A stretch of 64,000 bases of DNA from Vicugna vicugna (lineage: Eukaryota). The notes beneath the pieces are model-generated. The model was not told the origin of the DNA. It did not search any database and was given only the letters and a program-made list of their open reading frames with translations. How positions within the stretch are numbered: the stretch's first letter is position 1; every line of letters begins with the position of its first letter. Shown one piece after another: positions 1-12,123 of the stretch. The stretch lies in assembly GCA_013265495.1 (NCBI GenBank), contig MU058065.1, forward strand, positions 8,246,302 through 8,310,301. Direction: 5' to 3'. Position numbers and translations under genes: made by a program.

Positions 1-677
1 TTCTTTCAGCACCATTTATTGAGTGCTATTATATGCAAGGCTTTTTCTTTTTCTTAATGTCTATACTTCCAAAGTTCTTGAGGCAACTTATAGTGAAAAT
101 TCATTCACTGAAAAGGTTTAAAGGTCTGGAAGAAAGCGCAGGAACCAAGGAATGGAGGGAAAGGAGAGGATATTTGTAGCAGCTGAGCTCCAAATTAACA
201 CAGAGCCTCCTTGCAACTAAAGCAAAAAAATGGAAAAATCATGCAAGGCCTTCAAATAAACACCGCATAGCTGAGGCTCCCAAACATAGGACAGCTGGGC
301 AGTGCCAGACTGGTTTGAAGCAGCACCTGGTTGCCTTAGAAACACACAAACAAAATGACAATGTGATGAGTATTTTATAACGGTATTTTTTAAATGATTT
401 ATATAATGATATAAAATTACATAAGATGGCTTGAGAATTTATCTCATAGTTTTTCATGTTTAACTCATTTTCTTTAGTAAAATGAGGATGGTCATAAATG
501 CCTTTATTTACCAAAATTAGAAGTAGTTTTCCTTTCAAAAGTATCCAATAATAATTAGTCTCTGAAATCCAAAAATCTGCAGACACAATTTTAAGGGATT
601 CTAGAGATGAGTAAGATCCAGTTCCCAATTCTCCAAAAGATTACCATATTTGAAGGACAGAAGACAGATAGCTAAAA

Positions 678-799
678 TCATCAGATTTAGCAAATGTCCC
701 ACATATTTGTCTACAATATTGCATGGGACATATATTAAAAAGCATTATTTATCTGAAGTTTAAATTAAACTGGGGGGCCTATATTTTATCTGACAACCA
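678..799. mobile_element. MER53-like hAT element with internal deletion
   Basis: CAGATTTAGCAAAT..GGGACATA..TTTATCTGAAGTTTAAATTAAACTGGG..TATTTTATCTGACAACC. Confidence 0.65.
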
Positions 800-892
800 C
801 AAAATCAGTCCACTCCTATTATATCAGTGAGCAACAAACAAATATTCATTGATAGATAGATGATTCACAGGTATACTGAAACACCGAATTTT

Positions 893-950
893 CATGGGAT
901 ATGGTGAGCTATGTGTCCTTCTACTCCGCCATTTTGGCACCAACCCCCCA
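893..950 (-). mobile_element. Isolated L1 5'-terminal fragment with degenerate TSD
   Basis: Minus strand GGGGGGTTGGTGCCAAAATGGCGGAGTAGAAGGACACATAGCTCACC resembles the L1 5' start with its YY1 motif; flanks 879-892 and 951-964 match 11/14. Confidence 0.6.
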
Positions 951-1892
951 ATACATCAAATTTTAAATCAAGAAGGGACTACCTGGTTTTATAGGTGAGG
1001 AAATAGAGGCCAGATCAGCTGCTAGTCCACACAGCACCATTGTGTATTACAAAAAACACACCCAGAGAAATTAGCTGTGCCTGACATCACAGACCCAGCA
1101 GAGGCTGGGCTGGAATAGGGAACCTCAATCCCACTGCAGGCTCTTTGTGACACTAATTAAACATACACGAAGTTGTTGCAGGCTTGCTCTTGCCTGACAG
1201 TATGTCTGGGTACCTACCACAGTCCTCTCCCTGGAGCTTACATGCTAGTGATGCAAGCACTGGGCTTCCCTCTTCCCTCAGTTTCTGGTCCCCTAGGGAG
1301 GGCTTGACAGACCTTTGGGAAGGGAGTTTTTGACAGCCACCTCAAGGGCATGTCATCACTCAAGTTAATTACACCTAGAGCACTGTGATAAGATTCGAGA
1401 GCGGATGCAAGATTTTGGGTGTGTAAGCAGGCTATTCCCTCCTCAGGCACTGCCAGGTGGTAAAGGTATTTGCATATCCAAAGCGCAGAGGAGCCATGTG
1501 AAGGTTTATAAGCCAAGAAATTCACCTTCCCTAGTGGTTGTTCCGTTCTGATGGACTTAATTGCTTGAGTCTGACAGTTCAGTTTTTCTCCCTTCTTTCA
1601 TCTGCACCTCCTTAACCCCACTAAAGCTCTAAATGTATTATAAAGACAAAAACTCCAGTATTATTTCTACACCATGCATTCTATAGTTTAGTGTGAGGGT
1701 TTTCCAAGAGTCTTAATTTCTAGAACTGTTTGGTCTTGGTAGCTGTGATTAATTACAAGCCTCTCCCTCAAATCTGGCACATTTTCTGCTGGGATGGCTT
1801 TGCCAAAAGCATCCCCCTTGACCCCCTATTCCGGTTTTCTTAGACCTGTGAAATGTCACTTTTCCTGTCCCTTCAAAATCACAAATTCCACT

Positions 1893-2620
1893 TTATTCAT
1901 CCATTCATTTATATATTCATTTAGTAACAATTCAAGGATCTGCTATGGGCCATACACTGTGCAAAGGCCCTGTGGTTGCAATAGTCAGTTAAAACCCCAA
2001 AGATATCATCCTTTCTTCTTAAAGCTTACAGTTTGGTTGGGGAAGCAGACATGCACAGATACACAAAAGGAAACAAACTAAAGGATAAGTGCTTGAAGGA
2101 CCTAAACGGAGGGTCCAAGGAGAGACTAAAGAAGGAATGATTTCATGGTGGTCAGAAAGGCCTCCCCAAGGGGAGGCACTGAAGCTGATATCAGAAAAAG
2201 GAGAGGAGGCAGCAATGCACATGGCGGAGGGAGGAGGCTTCTGAGCCAGAGGCATCCAGGCAAGAGAGAGCTGGGCATGTTTGAGGATCTGAAAGAAGGC
2301 AAGTGTGGCTGCAGGACAGTGGGAGGGAAGGAGAGGGACACACGGTGGGGCTGGAGAGACCAGTAGGATTGATAATTTCAGGGTCCTGCTGGCCATGGAA
2401 AGACGTTTGGATTTTGTCCTGGGAGCAGTGGGGCACCACTGGTAGGATTCAGCCTGAAATAGTATGATATGATATGTGTCTTAAAAAGATTGCTCTTGCT
2501 GCTGAATGGAGACTTCCCTGGAGGAGGACAGGAGTGCCAATAGGAAAGCCTTTGAGGAAGCCATGGCAGGAGTCCAGACAAAAGAGGATGGTGTCCTGGA
2601 TGGATGGGTCACATTGGAAA
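1893..2620 (-). mobile_element. L2 LINE 3' fragment
   Basis: TTCATCCATTCATT terminus; GGTGGTCAGAAAGGCCTC; TTTGGATTTTGTCCTG; AAAAGATTGCTCTTGCTGCTG. Confidence 0.7.
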
Positions 2621-3132
2621 GCTGCTTGGAGGGAGACTCCAGCACCATATCTCCTTCTCAGGGAGTGTCTGTGTCTGAGCCCAGCACACACACAGTCAGA
2701 GCCCCATCGCTCACTTCCCACTGGCGGCAATGGACGTGAAGTTGCTTAGAAAATTGGTCTAGTAAATGGATCTTTCTTATAGACTGCTGTTTTTTTCTTT
2801 GTACTAGGCAACTTCTTTACAGAAATATGAATTGGAAAATTATGTTCTTTCATGATTATTAAAGGAAAATTGGGAGCAAAGAGGAGATCGGAAGCTTGTT
2901 CAAGGATATAGATGACATTGGAGCCCAAACTTGATCTCAGTTGTCCTACTTCCTGCCCCTCGCCCAGTACACTGTTCTGTAGGTGCTACAACAAGGGAAG
3001 AGCCATCAGACTTTGGCTAATATTCTACTCTTGATATAGAGTAGATTATCCATCCCAAACTGCCCAAGTAGCAGCACCCCATTTGTGTTTCAGCCATGAA
3101 AATTTAACACTGGTTAGAAGTCGTTGGCTTGG

Positions 3133-3162
3133 TGCAATATCTCTGAAGGCCACCAGGGGGCA
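3133..3162 (+). promoter_or_regulatory. CTCF site: core plus upstream module
   Basis: TGCAATATCT-CTGAA-GGCCACCAGGGGGCA, a near-consensus core with a TGCA(A/G)T-type upstream motif. Confidence 0.7.
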
Positions 3163-4701
3163 AATAATAATCCATGATCACAGCCCACGTTACTGTTTCC
3201 CGTCCCTCTGGGCTTCCGTTTATCCGTCGGTTCTCTGTGTTTACGCTTTTTCTCTTCTTATTTCCTTCTTTTTCATCTTATGTTACATTTATTCTCTTTT
3301 TACTTTCCCCTCTTCTTCTCTAACTGCATATCCAGCCTGCCCACATCATAGAACTAAAGCTTATTTTTAGTACTTTGTTGTATGTGTTAAATTGCTCCTG
3401 GTTCAATTCTCAAAGACTGTATATTTATATTTCCCACCCTGGCTTATTCCCGTTCTTACTTGCTTGATTTTTCACTCGTGTGGCCATCAGTTGCCTTCCT
3501 CCCTTCAATAGAAGAAGAGAGGGGATCCACTCCTGACCCAAATAAAACATCACACAAACAAAAGGTCATTTAATTGTTAAGGAATTCCAAAAATAGGGGA
3601 AGATTTAAGAGGCCTTAAGGGCTGCATGTTGTCTCCACTGTAACTAAGAGCATCTAAATGACCATCCAAAGTCTGGGGTTTCTGTGCCTCTGGGGAAAAA
3701 GTCGCTCTGTCCTTCCCTTACTCCTGTATTTCACATTTCTTAGCTGTCAGAAGATTCTCCTTAGTTCCACCCCAAATTCTCTGCAAGTTCAGATTTGTTC
3801 TGTCCATGGGATAAAGATACATGGAGGTTGCTGCTAGCTGTTTTATGTTCATGTTGACCTGAGGGGCTTGCGATCAATCAGATCTGCAAAGCCACGCTGC
3901 AGGCTGCGTTGGGGTGGGAGGATGCAAGGTTGGCCATCTGCTGCAAACAGTGCTGTTTACATCTGCATTAGAAGGAGGCACTCTGAGACTCAATCAGAGA
4001 GAAGGAGCAGCCCCATTTATCACGAGGGTAAATTATCCTAATTGAGCGGTTAAGAGAACGAATGCTTTCTAGGTAGTTTCCAGTAAAGGACCTCCTGCTT
4101 CTGGCTGCAATAATAGAAAACCACGGGCCATCAGATCCATTTGGGAAAGAGCATTAGCATCCAGTCCACTCACCTCCTTGGTCCTCCAGCCCTTGTTTCC
4201 AGGAAATCAACTCCCTGTTAGCAATAAGTTCAGTATCATTTGAGTTTTTATTTTTCTCTCATAAGCTTCTGAAAGAGCAGGGACTTTCTGCTTAAACCTA
4301 CTTGTACAGCAAGTTGTGTGCAGTCCAGTAAGTGTTACACACTCAGGCCTTTTAGACTCGCGACACAAGTCTGGAATTTGAATTGATGGAAGTCTGTCCC
4401 CACCTTCTGCTACCCCATTTCCATCAAACACACAACTCCAGAATTCCTACTCGGCGCCCCCTCTAGCTTGCTACAGGTACCACCTTCTGTGCTTGTAAAC
4501 ACGTGAAAACACTTTGTTATTTGCTTTTTGAAATAATGAAAAAAATTTAAGAGGCCCGTTTCATGCTGGTGGTTGGAGAGATAGCATTTTAAAATATTAA
4601 TTTAAAAAAACTACATATTTTTTGAATACGCAATACATTCACGTGATTCAAACTCTACGCACGTGTTTAAGAGCACACGTGGTGAAATGTTTTCTTCCAG
4701 G

Positions 4702-4877
4702 TGGAAGCAGATTTAACATAAAGCTATGTAAGCCTCAGCTTCAGGGACCCTCATTTTAGAGGCCTCTTCTAAGGTCCTGAAACTTGTTCTGTATTCATTT
4801 TGTATTTTTTATTTTTAAAGCTGCTTCATCCCAAATTCTATGAGCTTCAGTGCCTCCAAGACTTGAATCTGCCTCTG
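4702..4877. mobile_element. MER45A-like hAT-Tip100 element
   Basis: GCAGATTTA..AAGCT..AGCTTCAGGGACCCTCA..CCCAAATT..GAGCTTCAG..GAATCTGCCTCTG. Confidence 0.65.
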
Positions 4878-4988
4878 CCTGCATTCCTGTCTCTTTGCCA
4901 TCCTATTCCTTGCCCAGCAGGCAATATATGTCATCACTGTCTTGCATCTTTTTCTGGCTATATTTTATGTACATTTAAGTAAAAACAT

Positions 4989-5253
4989 ATTTTGAGAGAT
5001 GAGCAGATACAAACCACTATATATAAAATAAATGAACAACAAAGTCCTACTATACAGCACAGTAAGCTATATTCAATTTCTTGTAATGAGCTGTAATGGA
5101 AAAGAGTCTGAATATACATATATGTGTATATATATATGTATTTGTATAGCTGAATCGCTTTGCTGTACACGTGAAACTAACATTATAAATCAATAACACT
5201 GATAAAAAATAAAATTAAAATAAATAAGTAAAATGCTATCAAACAGAAAAAAA
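4989..5253 (+). mobile_element. 5'-truncated artiodactyl-type L1 3' end with A-rich tail and perfect 12-bp TSD
   Basis: AACAACAAAGTCCTACTATACAGCACAG..GCTTTGCTGTACACGTGAAACTAACA; TSD AAGTAAAAACAT at 4977-4988 and 5254-5265. Confidence 0.9.
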
Positions 5254-8200
5254 AAGTAAAAACATTTATTCTGCCTTCCTTTATAAGTTGTAACAGACAG
5301 GACATGTCAATCTGCACTTTGATCTTTGCATTTGTATTAAAGCAAGTTAATTTCTTCATATTTTGGCTTCCTCCTTTACAAAAAAGGGAAAGGGAGGCCT
5401 ATCCCAGAGAGTTCCTGTTAGGATTAAACAAGAGCATGTGAAGCACTTAGCCCACTGCCTGGAACATAGGAAGTGATCGATAGATGTAAGTTGTTATTCT
5501 ATAGTTAATATTTATAATGGGCTACAAAGCTACACTAATGAAAAGGGTGGTGGTGCTGATAACATAATAGCAGGTGGATGATACAGAGTATCTAAGAGCA
5601 CCTCTGCAACTCTTGGTTATTTACCTGCAAGATGCTGTTGTCCATGGGTGGAGTACAAACACTGGAAAGAAAAATGTCTCCAGGAACTTAAAGTCTAGGG
5701 GAAGAGAGAAGACATGTGTCAAAAATGTGATACAAAAAGAATAAACTGCCGTGGGGATTGGCGAGGAGCTCGCTGCTGGCTGGAGGGATGGTGGGTGGCA
5801 AAGTGAATGGAGTGGTGTCTGAGTTGGCCTTTGAAGGCGAAGTAGGAATTTGATATCCAGAAATAACAGGGAAAAATGGTAGTTCCAAAGATGATCCAAT
5901 CTGACAGAATCACAAATGCTGAGGAGACTTTGGTTAATTAGATGTAATAATGTTTAAGTGAAATAGTTACAGATTGACAGGATGTTTTCCTGAATGACAT
6001 GATCTTTAGGGTCCTTTTGACAAGTCTGAACGAGGAAAGGAGGACCAGGAGTCCCTTGGGAGGGCGTGTTATGTGGACTTTGATTGAATTTAGCATCTCA
6101 ATCTAGCTCTCAGCTGTAATTGAAGGGTCGGGGCGGGGCGTGAAGTATCAATATTAACAAAACCAGTCCCTCGTGAACAAACTCAAAGTTTAAATCTTTA
6201 GCTAACACTTCATCAATAACATGTTCTAATTACATTTGAGGCTTTGAAAATATGCCTCTGTATGATAATTGCTATAAAGCAGATTTTAGTCACAGGGATT
6301 TATAAACTGTAATTGTACAGAAGAAATAGGGAGCTTATTAAATTGTATCATTTGATTGCAACTGCAGATCTTGACAAGGCTTGGAATGACGGGAGCCCCC
6401 AGCCACACCGCCCTCCTCTGCCTCACCACCACCCCTGTATACTGAGTGTATAAGTAACACTGCAGATGCAGAATGGTCCACAGATCATCTCACCAGTTCC
6501 CACGGCCAGATGGGGCTTTGGGGAAACTGAGTGCCAAGCCACATGTTTGATAAAATGAATCTTTTATCTTGATCCCAGAAGTTTAAGAGCCCTATGGCTG
6601 AGACAGCTTGCCACAAACACATGCTCCAGGGAAGAACCAGTTCTCAAGGCTCTGTGATTGGACTGAATATGTTTCAGACCTGAAGAAAGGGAGTCTCCAA
6701 AGCTGGCCCACCCAGCATGTGCAGGGCAGGCTTCTTCCACCCATCTGGTACCCCTTTTTCCAAAACCCCCTCTCAGTCTAGATTTCCCTTGGCACCCTCC
6801 AATCCTTGCCCAACCGGTGTGTGCTGCTTGTGATCAGCAAGTCATTTCAAGAAAAGCCTTTTAATTAAGAGGAGAGCAACAAATTATTCAAACAGAGTCA
6901 TTTATTACCCTGCCATCTGGCCAGGACTTCTCCTGGCCCCCTGCTCCTCTGAGCCTGCACAGGCAGAGAAAGGGACAAAGGGGATGGAACGTGGGAAGAC
7001 CGAGCCAGCCCTTCCAGGAAGCAGGGAGAGGATTTTAGGAGGATTTCTTGGGATTGTTTCCATACTGTAGAAACTGAGCCTCAGTTTCCTTATCTGTAAA
7101 ATGGGGGCAATAATGCCTACGTCAGTGCTTGGGAGTCACCTGGCACAGTGGAGCTGTTCAGGAAATGTAAGTTGAATATGAAGCCTGTAAATTAGGAGCT
7201 TTGTTTTGAAGGTGGGTGGTGATGATGGTGGCAGCAATGGAGGTGGCAGTGGTGGCAAGAGTAAGGCAATGAGATTTCCTAGGGTAAACAAGCCCCAGCT
7301 GGTTCTCTTTCTGTTGTGATTCACAGGGTCATTCCCTCGTCCCCTCTCCCAGATGTCAGGGGAGCTCAGGAAATCCATGCCTGCCTCTTGCCCCTACCCC
7401 CTTCAATCCTGGATGTAGGGCGTTATCCTAAGAGAAATGCATCTTGAGCCTTCCATATCTGGGTCGGGCATAAGAAGGAGGGCTGGGAGAGACTTAGGGG
7501 CAAAGCACGCACAGAATTGTTGCACAAAGTGCAATAGATCAAGCGGCCAGGGTTCCAGCCTCTCCTTGCCAGGTCAACTCATCACTGGTGCAACTCCAAA
7601 CACTCCACGCATTTCCAGGTTTCCCCCAGGGGCATGAGCCTGTGCTAGGCTTAAAATTAAAATGCGAATCAAATTAAAGTAAATGCAAGGCGTGAATCGA
7701 ATTAAATTAAAGGTGAAAAAAAAGTAAACGACAATCAAGATATTTTAAATGTAAAAAAAAAAAAAAACAACCCTTGAGATAATCAAGAAAATTTGAACTG
7801 GATTTTAAATGATAGGAAAGAATTTTTGTTCATTTTGCTTGGTATGATAAAGAATAATTTTATGTGAAAATACAGACAAATGTACATACAATAATGGAAA
7901 AAAGAAAAAGAAAAACCCTCAGTGTGACCATCTGCATACAATATGTCTATGAGCTTTTTAGAAAATAGTTCCTGGGGGGGTGCTGCTCAGCTCACAAGGA
8001 CTCTCTTCTCTGGGAACGTCCTCTACACAATACTCAAGGGGAGTCAGTTTGTATCACCTATCACTCCCCTGCCCTCCGCTATAGATGATGGGTTCAGGAG
8101 GGGGTGGGGCACACCTGACTCAACCAGAGCATCTTCACGGGAATTTGGCATCTTGAACTGGGAGCCCGGGGTGTGAGAGCTGAGTCATAGTAACAGCGAT

Positions 8201-8603
8201 CCCAGAAAAGAGTCAGGCTGCAGGTGCCCAGGTCTCCAGAACCACTTTGCTTCCTGCCTTTCTTGGGGTTTGGCAATTTAGTCCTTCCAGGGTTCCTGTG
8301 AGACATCATGGAATCTTTCCCCAAACTTTCATTTCTTTGTGCTCAAGCCAGCTAAAGTCGATACCTGCTATTTACAGCTCTAAGATTCTTTCATCCTAGA
8401 GACAAATCACCTATCAGGAGAGGATTTACAGATTAAAGATTGACTGTCATAGATTAGGTCCCTTGGAAGTCAGAACTGGAGAATTATTTGAGTCCTTATT
8501 GTGGTTATATATAGATAAACCCTGCAAAGAAGTGTGCAGTTGAACGTGGCAAATCACTTGTCTTTGCATATATTGGAAATTATCATTTAAATAGAATAAA
8601 TGT

Positions 8604-9097
8604 TGTAGCCAGCTTCCCAAAGGTCCCCCATCAAGCTTGCTGCTTGATGTTCACATTCTGGTTTAGTGCCCTCCCATATGAATAGGGTTGCCTTGTGTGA
8701 CAAATGAAATATTGCAAAATACTGCATATGGAATATGACTCCTAAAATCAGGTTATCAAACACTGAGGTTTTCACCTTGTTCTGTCTTGGGTCACTTACT
8801 GCAAAAGGAGGCTAGTCTCCATGTCATGAGGACACAAGCATCCCTATGGAGAGGCCCAAGTAGTGAGCAGGTGAGGGCTCCTGCCACCAGCCAGCCCCGA
8901 CTTGCCAGCCATGAGAGTGGGCTACCTTAAATGTAGATATTCCAGCTCTACTCAAGCTCTCAGATGAAACAGTCCTGGCTGATAACTTGATTGTAATCTC
9001 CAGCCTGAACTGCTGAAACTGTGAGGTAATAATGTTTGCTGTTCTTTTAAGTCACTATGTCTTGAGATAATTCATTACACCCTAATAGATAAATAAT
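8604..9097. mobile_element. MaLR solo LTR (MLT1F-like), opposite orientation to the 25-26 kb copy
   Basis: CCATGTCATGAGGACAC..CCCTATGGAGAGGCCCA..CTTGCCAGCCATG..GAAACTGTGAG..AATAGATAA pattern. Confidence 0.7.
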
Positions 9098-9104
9098 CCC
9101 CCAA

Positions 9105-9615
9105 ATCAAACTCCTCATGAAGACCCACAAGACCGTAAATGGTCTCCTTGTTCCTCCCCAATTACATCTTTGATCTCGTCTTTGACTGGCCACCCTGACT
9201 TCCCTGGAATGTCCCAGGCACACTCATGCCTCAGATACTCTGCATTTGTGGGCTTCTCTGCCCTGGATCACTCTTCTCCCAGACACTTAAATGACTCTCT
9301 CTCTCTCTCACCTCCTTCAAGTCTTGGTTCAAAACTTACCTTCTCCGTGAAACCTTCCCTGATCACTTCTATAAAATTTAAACTCTTCATCTCACCTGAC
9401 AATTCCATCTCCCTCTTCTGCTTTATTTTCTCCATATTCCTTTTCACTATTTAACATAGTATTTATTTTACTTACCTGCCTTCTTTATCTCTAGCTCCAT
9501 AAGGGCAAGGATTCTTTGTGGGTTTCTTCATTGCTTCCTTAGGGTCTGGAACAGTGCCCAGCACACAGGAAGCGCTCAATGACTTATTTGTTAAGTGAAT
9601 GAGTAAGTGAGTTAA
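9105..9615 (+). mobile_element. L2 LINE 3' fragment
   Basis: CCTTCCCTGATCAC..CTCCATAAGGGCAAGGA..GGAACAGTGCCCAGCACA..TTTGTTAAGTGAATGAGT. Confidence 0.75.
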
Positions 9616-9688
9616 TCAAGTTACCTTTAAAAATATAGAACATATTATATGGGCTCCTTGTAGAAAAATTAGAAACTATGGTAGCTTT

Positions 9689-9835
9689 AAAAAATTTTTT
9701 GTTGTTGTTTTTGATTTTGGCAGAGGAGAGAGGTACGTAGCTTTATCTGTTTGTTTTTAGTGGCAGTAATGGGGACTGAACCCAGAATCTCGGGCATGCT
9801 GAGCATGAGCTCTACCACTGAGCTCTACTCTCCCC
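9689..9835 (-). mobile_element. tRNA-derived SINE (camelid Vic-1-like)
   Basis: Minus strand A box AGCTCAGTGGTAG, B box GGGTTCAGTCCCC, A-rich tail, degenerate TSD ending AGCTTTA. Confidence 0.85.
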
Positions 9836-10311
9836 ACTGTGATAAGCTTTAGGAATGAAATAAGAACCACTGTCTGGAAATATCCAGTACTGACATTTGC
9901 TATGTATCCTTCTTGACTGCTCTCATCCATGTCCTTTGAGTTGTAAAGAATGGAAATCCAGTCTGGCTGACCCAAGCTCAGGGATATTAATCAAAGGCTG
10001 CAGCAGACTTCAGGGAACCCTGCAGAGCGTGAAGTAACTCTGGGCCTCAGAGGAACAACACTCCAATAGACACAGAAGCTGCTCCTTCTGGCTCCATAAG
10101 ACCCTATGACCCCCCTCCAATGGTGTCTCTGCTTCGTCGTTCCACCTGCTCCCATGTTCTCTGAAGATCACTTTCATTGCTCCCTCATTAGTTCACACGT
10201 GGTCCTCCTGTCCCCCTGGCTCAGTCTTTCATTTTCTCAATCCTAAATTTCAGGAAGACTCTGTGCCAGCTTAGGCCAGCCAACCTCATCAGGTAGACCG
10301 GGTCACAACCT

Positions 10312-10737
10312 TGTATGAGTTTGCTGGGGCTGTCATAAGCAAGTATCATAAATTCGGTGGCTCAACAACAGAAACTCATCATCTCACAGTTCTGGAGGCC
10401 AGAAGTCCGAGATCAAGGTGTCCGTGATGTTGGTTCCTTCTGAGGGCTGTGCCTCTCCCCTAGTTTCTGGTGATTTGCTGGAATATTTGGTTTTCTTTGG
10501 TTTCTACCGCATCATCATAATCTCTGCCTTCACTTTCACATGGTGCTCTCTCTGTGTGTATGTGTTTGGTCCAGATTTCCTCTTTTTATAAGGATAGTGT
10601 CCTATTGAATGAGGACCTTAATGACCTCATCTTAACTTGATCGTCTACAAAGGTCCTATTTCCAAATAGCTTCACATTCACAGGTACGGAGGTTAGGACC
10701 TCAACATCTTTGTGGGGACATGATTCAACCCATGACA
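10312..10737. mobile_element. MaLR solo LTR (MLT1A-C-like)
   Basis: TG...CA termini; CTCACAGTTCTGGAGGCCAGAAGTCCGAGATCAAGGTGTC and ATTCAACCCATGACA hallmarks. Confidence 0.85.
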
Positions 10738-10829
10738 GTCACGTGGAAATAGTAGATTTGCACCTTCAAGTGGCTCTGAGTAGTAGAAGCAATGACATAT
10801 GTCCGATACCAACGTTGATTTTTATATAA

Positions 10830-11645
10830 ATTTTTTCATGCAAAAATGGAAACGTATTACGCATGTTTCCCTTAACAGTATATTGTGAAAAATTCCTCAT
10901 GTCAATAGCATATTTCACCTTGTTTTTAATAGCGGCATAGTATTATACATAATTTATTTAAGCAATCCTTTATTGTTAGATTTCTTCCAATTTTTTTTAT
11001 TGTTTTGTACAATACTGCAATGAATAACTTTGTCTATAAATCTCTGTGCACACTGATAATTATTTCTTCAGGATAAATTCCTGGAAGCAGAATTAGTGGT
11101 TACAAGACTATGACATTTTAAAAGCTTTTAATATATATTATCAAGCTGATTTCCAGGAGGTTTGCTGAGAATGCCCATCTCTCATCTTTGCCAGCATCCA
11201 GGAGAGCATTTTTAGTCAGCCAAAGTCAAAGATTACAAAATATCTTACAGTGGTTTTAATTTCTTTTTTTGAAGTGAGATTGAATTTTTTCTACATATTC
11301 ATTAGTCACGTGCATTTCTTGTTGGGAGAAATTGCTTATTTATTTTTCCTAATTTTCTATTAGACATTCTTAAAAATTAGTGATTTATATTAATTTTCTA
11401 CCTTAGAGATACTAATCTATTATACATTGTAGCTATCTTTTTTGTGGCTTCAGTTTATTATTTTATTTTGTTTACAATGCTTTTGAAATACAGAAGTTTG
11501 AACTTTAATTTTCGTTTTTAGTTTCTTTCAATTCTCTTATGCTTAGAGAGTATCTCCATCCATAGAGGAGAAAACAATCATGTATATTTCTTTTTACCAT
11601 TTTCCCCCAAAAGTTTGTATTTTTACATTAAAAATGTTGACCTGT
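10830..11645 (-). mobile_element. Old L1M 3'-region fragment
   Basis: ATTATTTCTTCAGGATAAATTCCTGGAAGCAGAATT..GTGGTTTTAATTT pattern. Confidence 0.7.
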
Positions 11646-11659
11646 ATGCTCTCATTACC

Positions 11660-12123
11660 TCGGGTAGATTAAACATGACTGCTATTGTTTTCTGCTCTTA
11701 CTTTTGAGAGATGGAGTCTAGTTCTCCTCTTGAATCCGGCTTCAGTGACTTGATGCGCCAATAGAATGTGGTTGAACAAATGTCCTGGGAATTCTGAAGC
11801 TAGGTTATCCTCTTGTTGCACAGACTAATGGAGTCCTGAGTCTCCGTGTAAGATGTCTGATTACCTTAAGCCACTATGCAGGAGAGGTTATGTGTAAACA
11901 CTTGACCATCCCAGCTGAGCCCAGAATTCCAGCCATTTGCACCAACACAAATCAGGTATCACCAAGTAACCTCTGTCAACACTAAATGGAGCAGAAGAAT
12001 CACCCAGCCAAGTCCTGCCCAAGTTCTTGACCCATAAACTCATGAGATATGCCATATCCAGTTGTTCCTTTAAGCCACTAAATTGTAGGGTAGTTTGTTA
12101 CGCAACAATAGATAACCAGAACA
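11660..12123. mobile_element. MaLR solo LTR (MLT1G/H-like)
   Basis: Ends TTTAAGCCACTAAATT..GGGTAGTTTGTTACGCAACAATAGATAACCAGAACA. Confidence 0.75.

Noticed and set aside
5..13. RE1 left half-site TTCAGCACC at the window start
   Set aside because: Embedded in a repeat-type CATTTATTGAG context with no right half-site.
9760..9830. tRNA gene
   Set aside because: The A and B boxes belong to a tRNA-derived SINE with tail and TSD; same for the copies at 29.2 and 62.0 kb.
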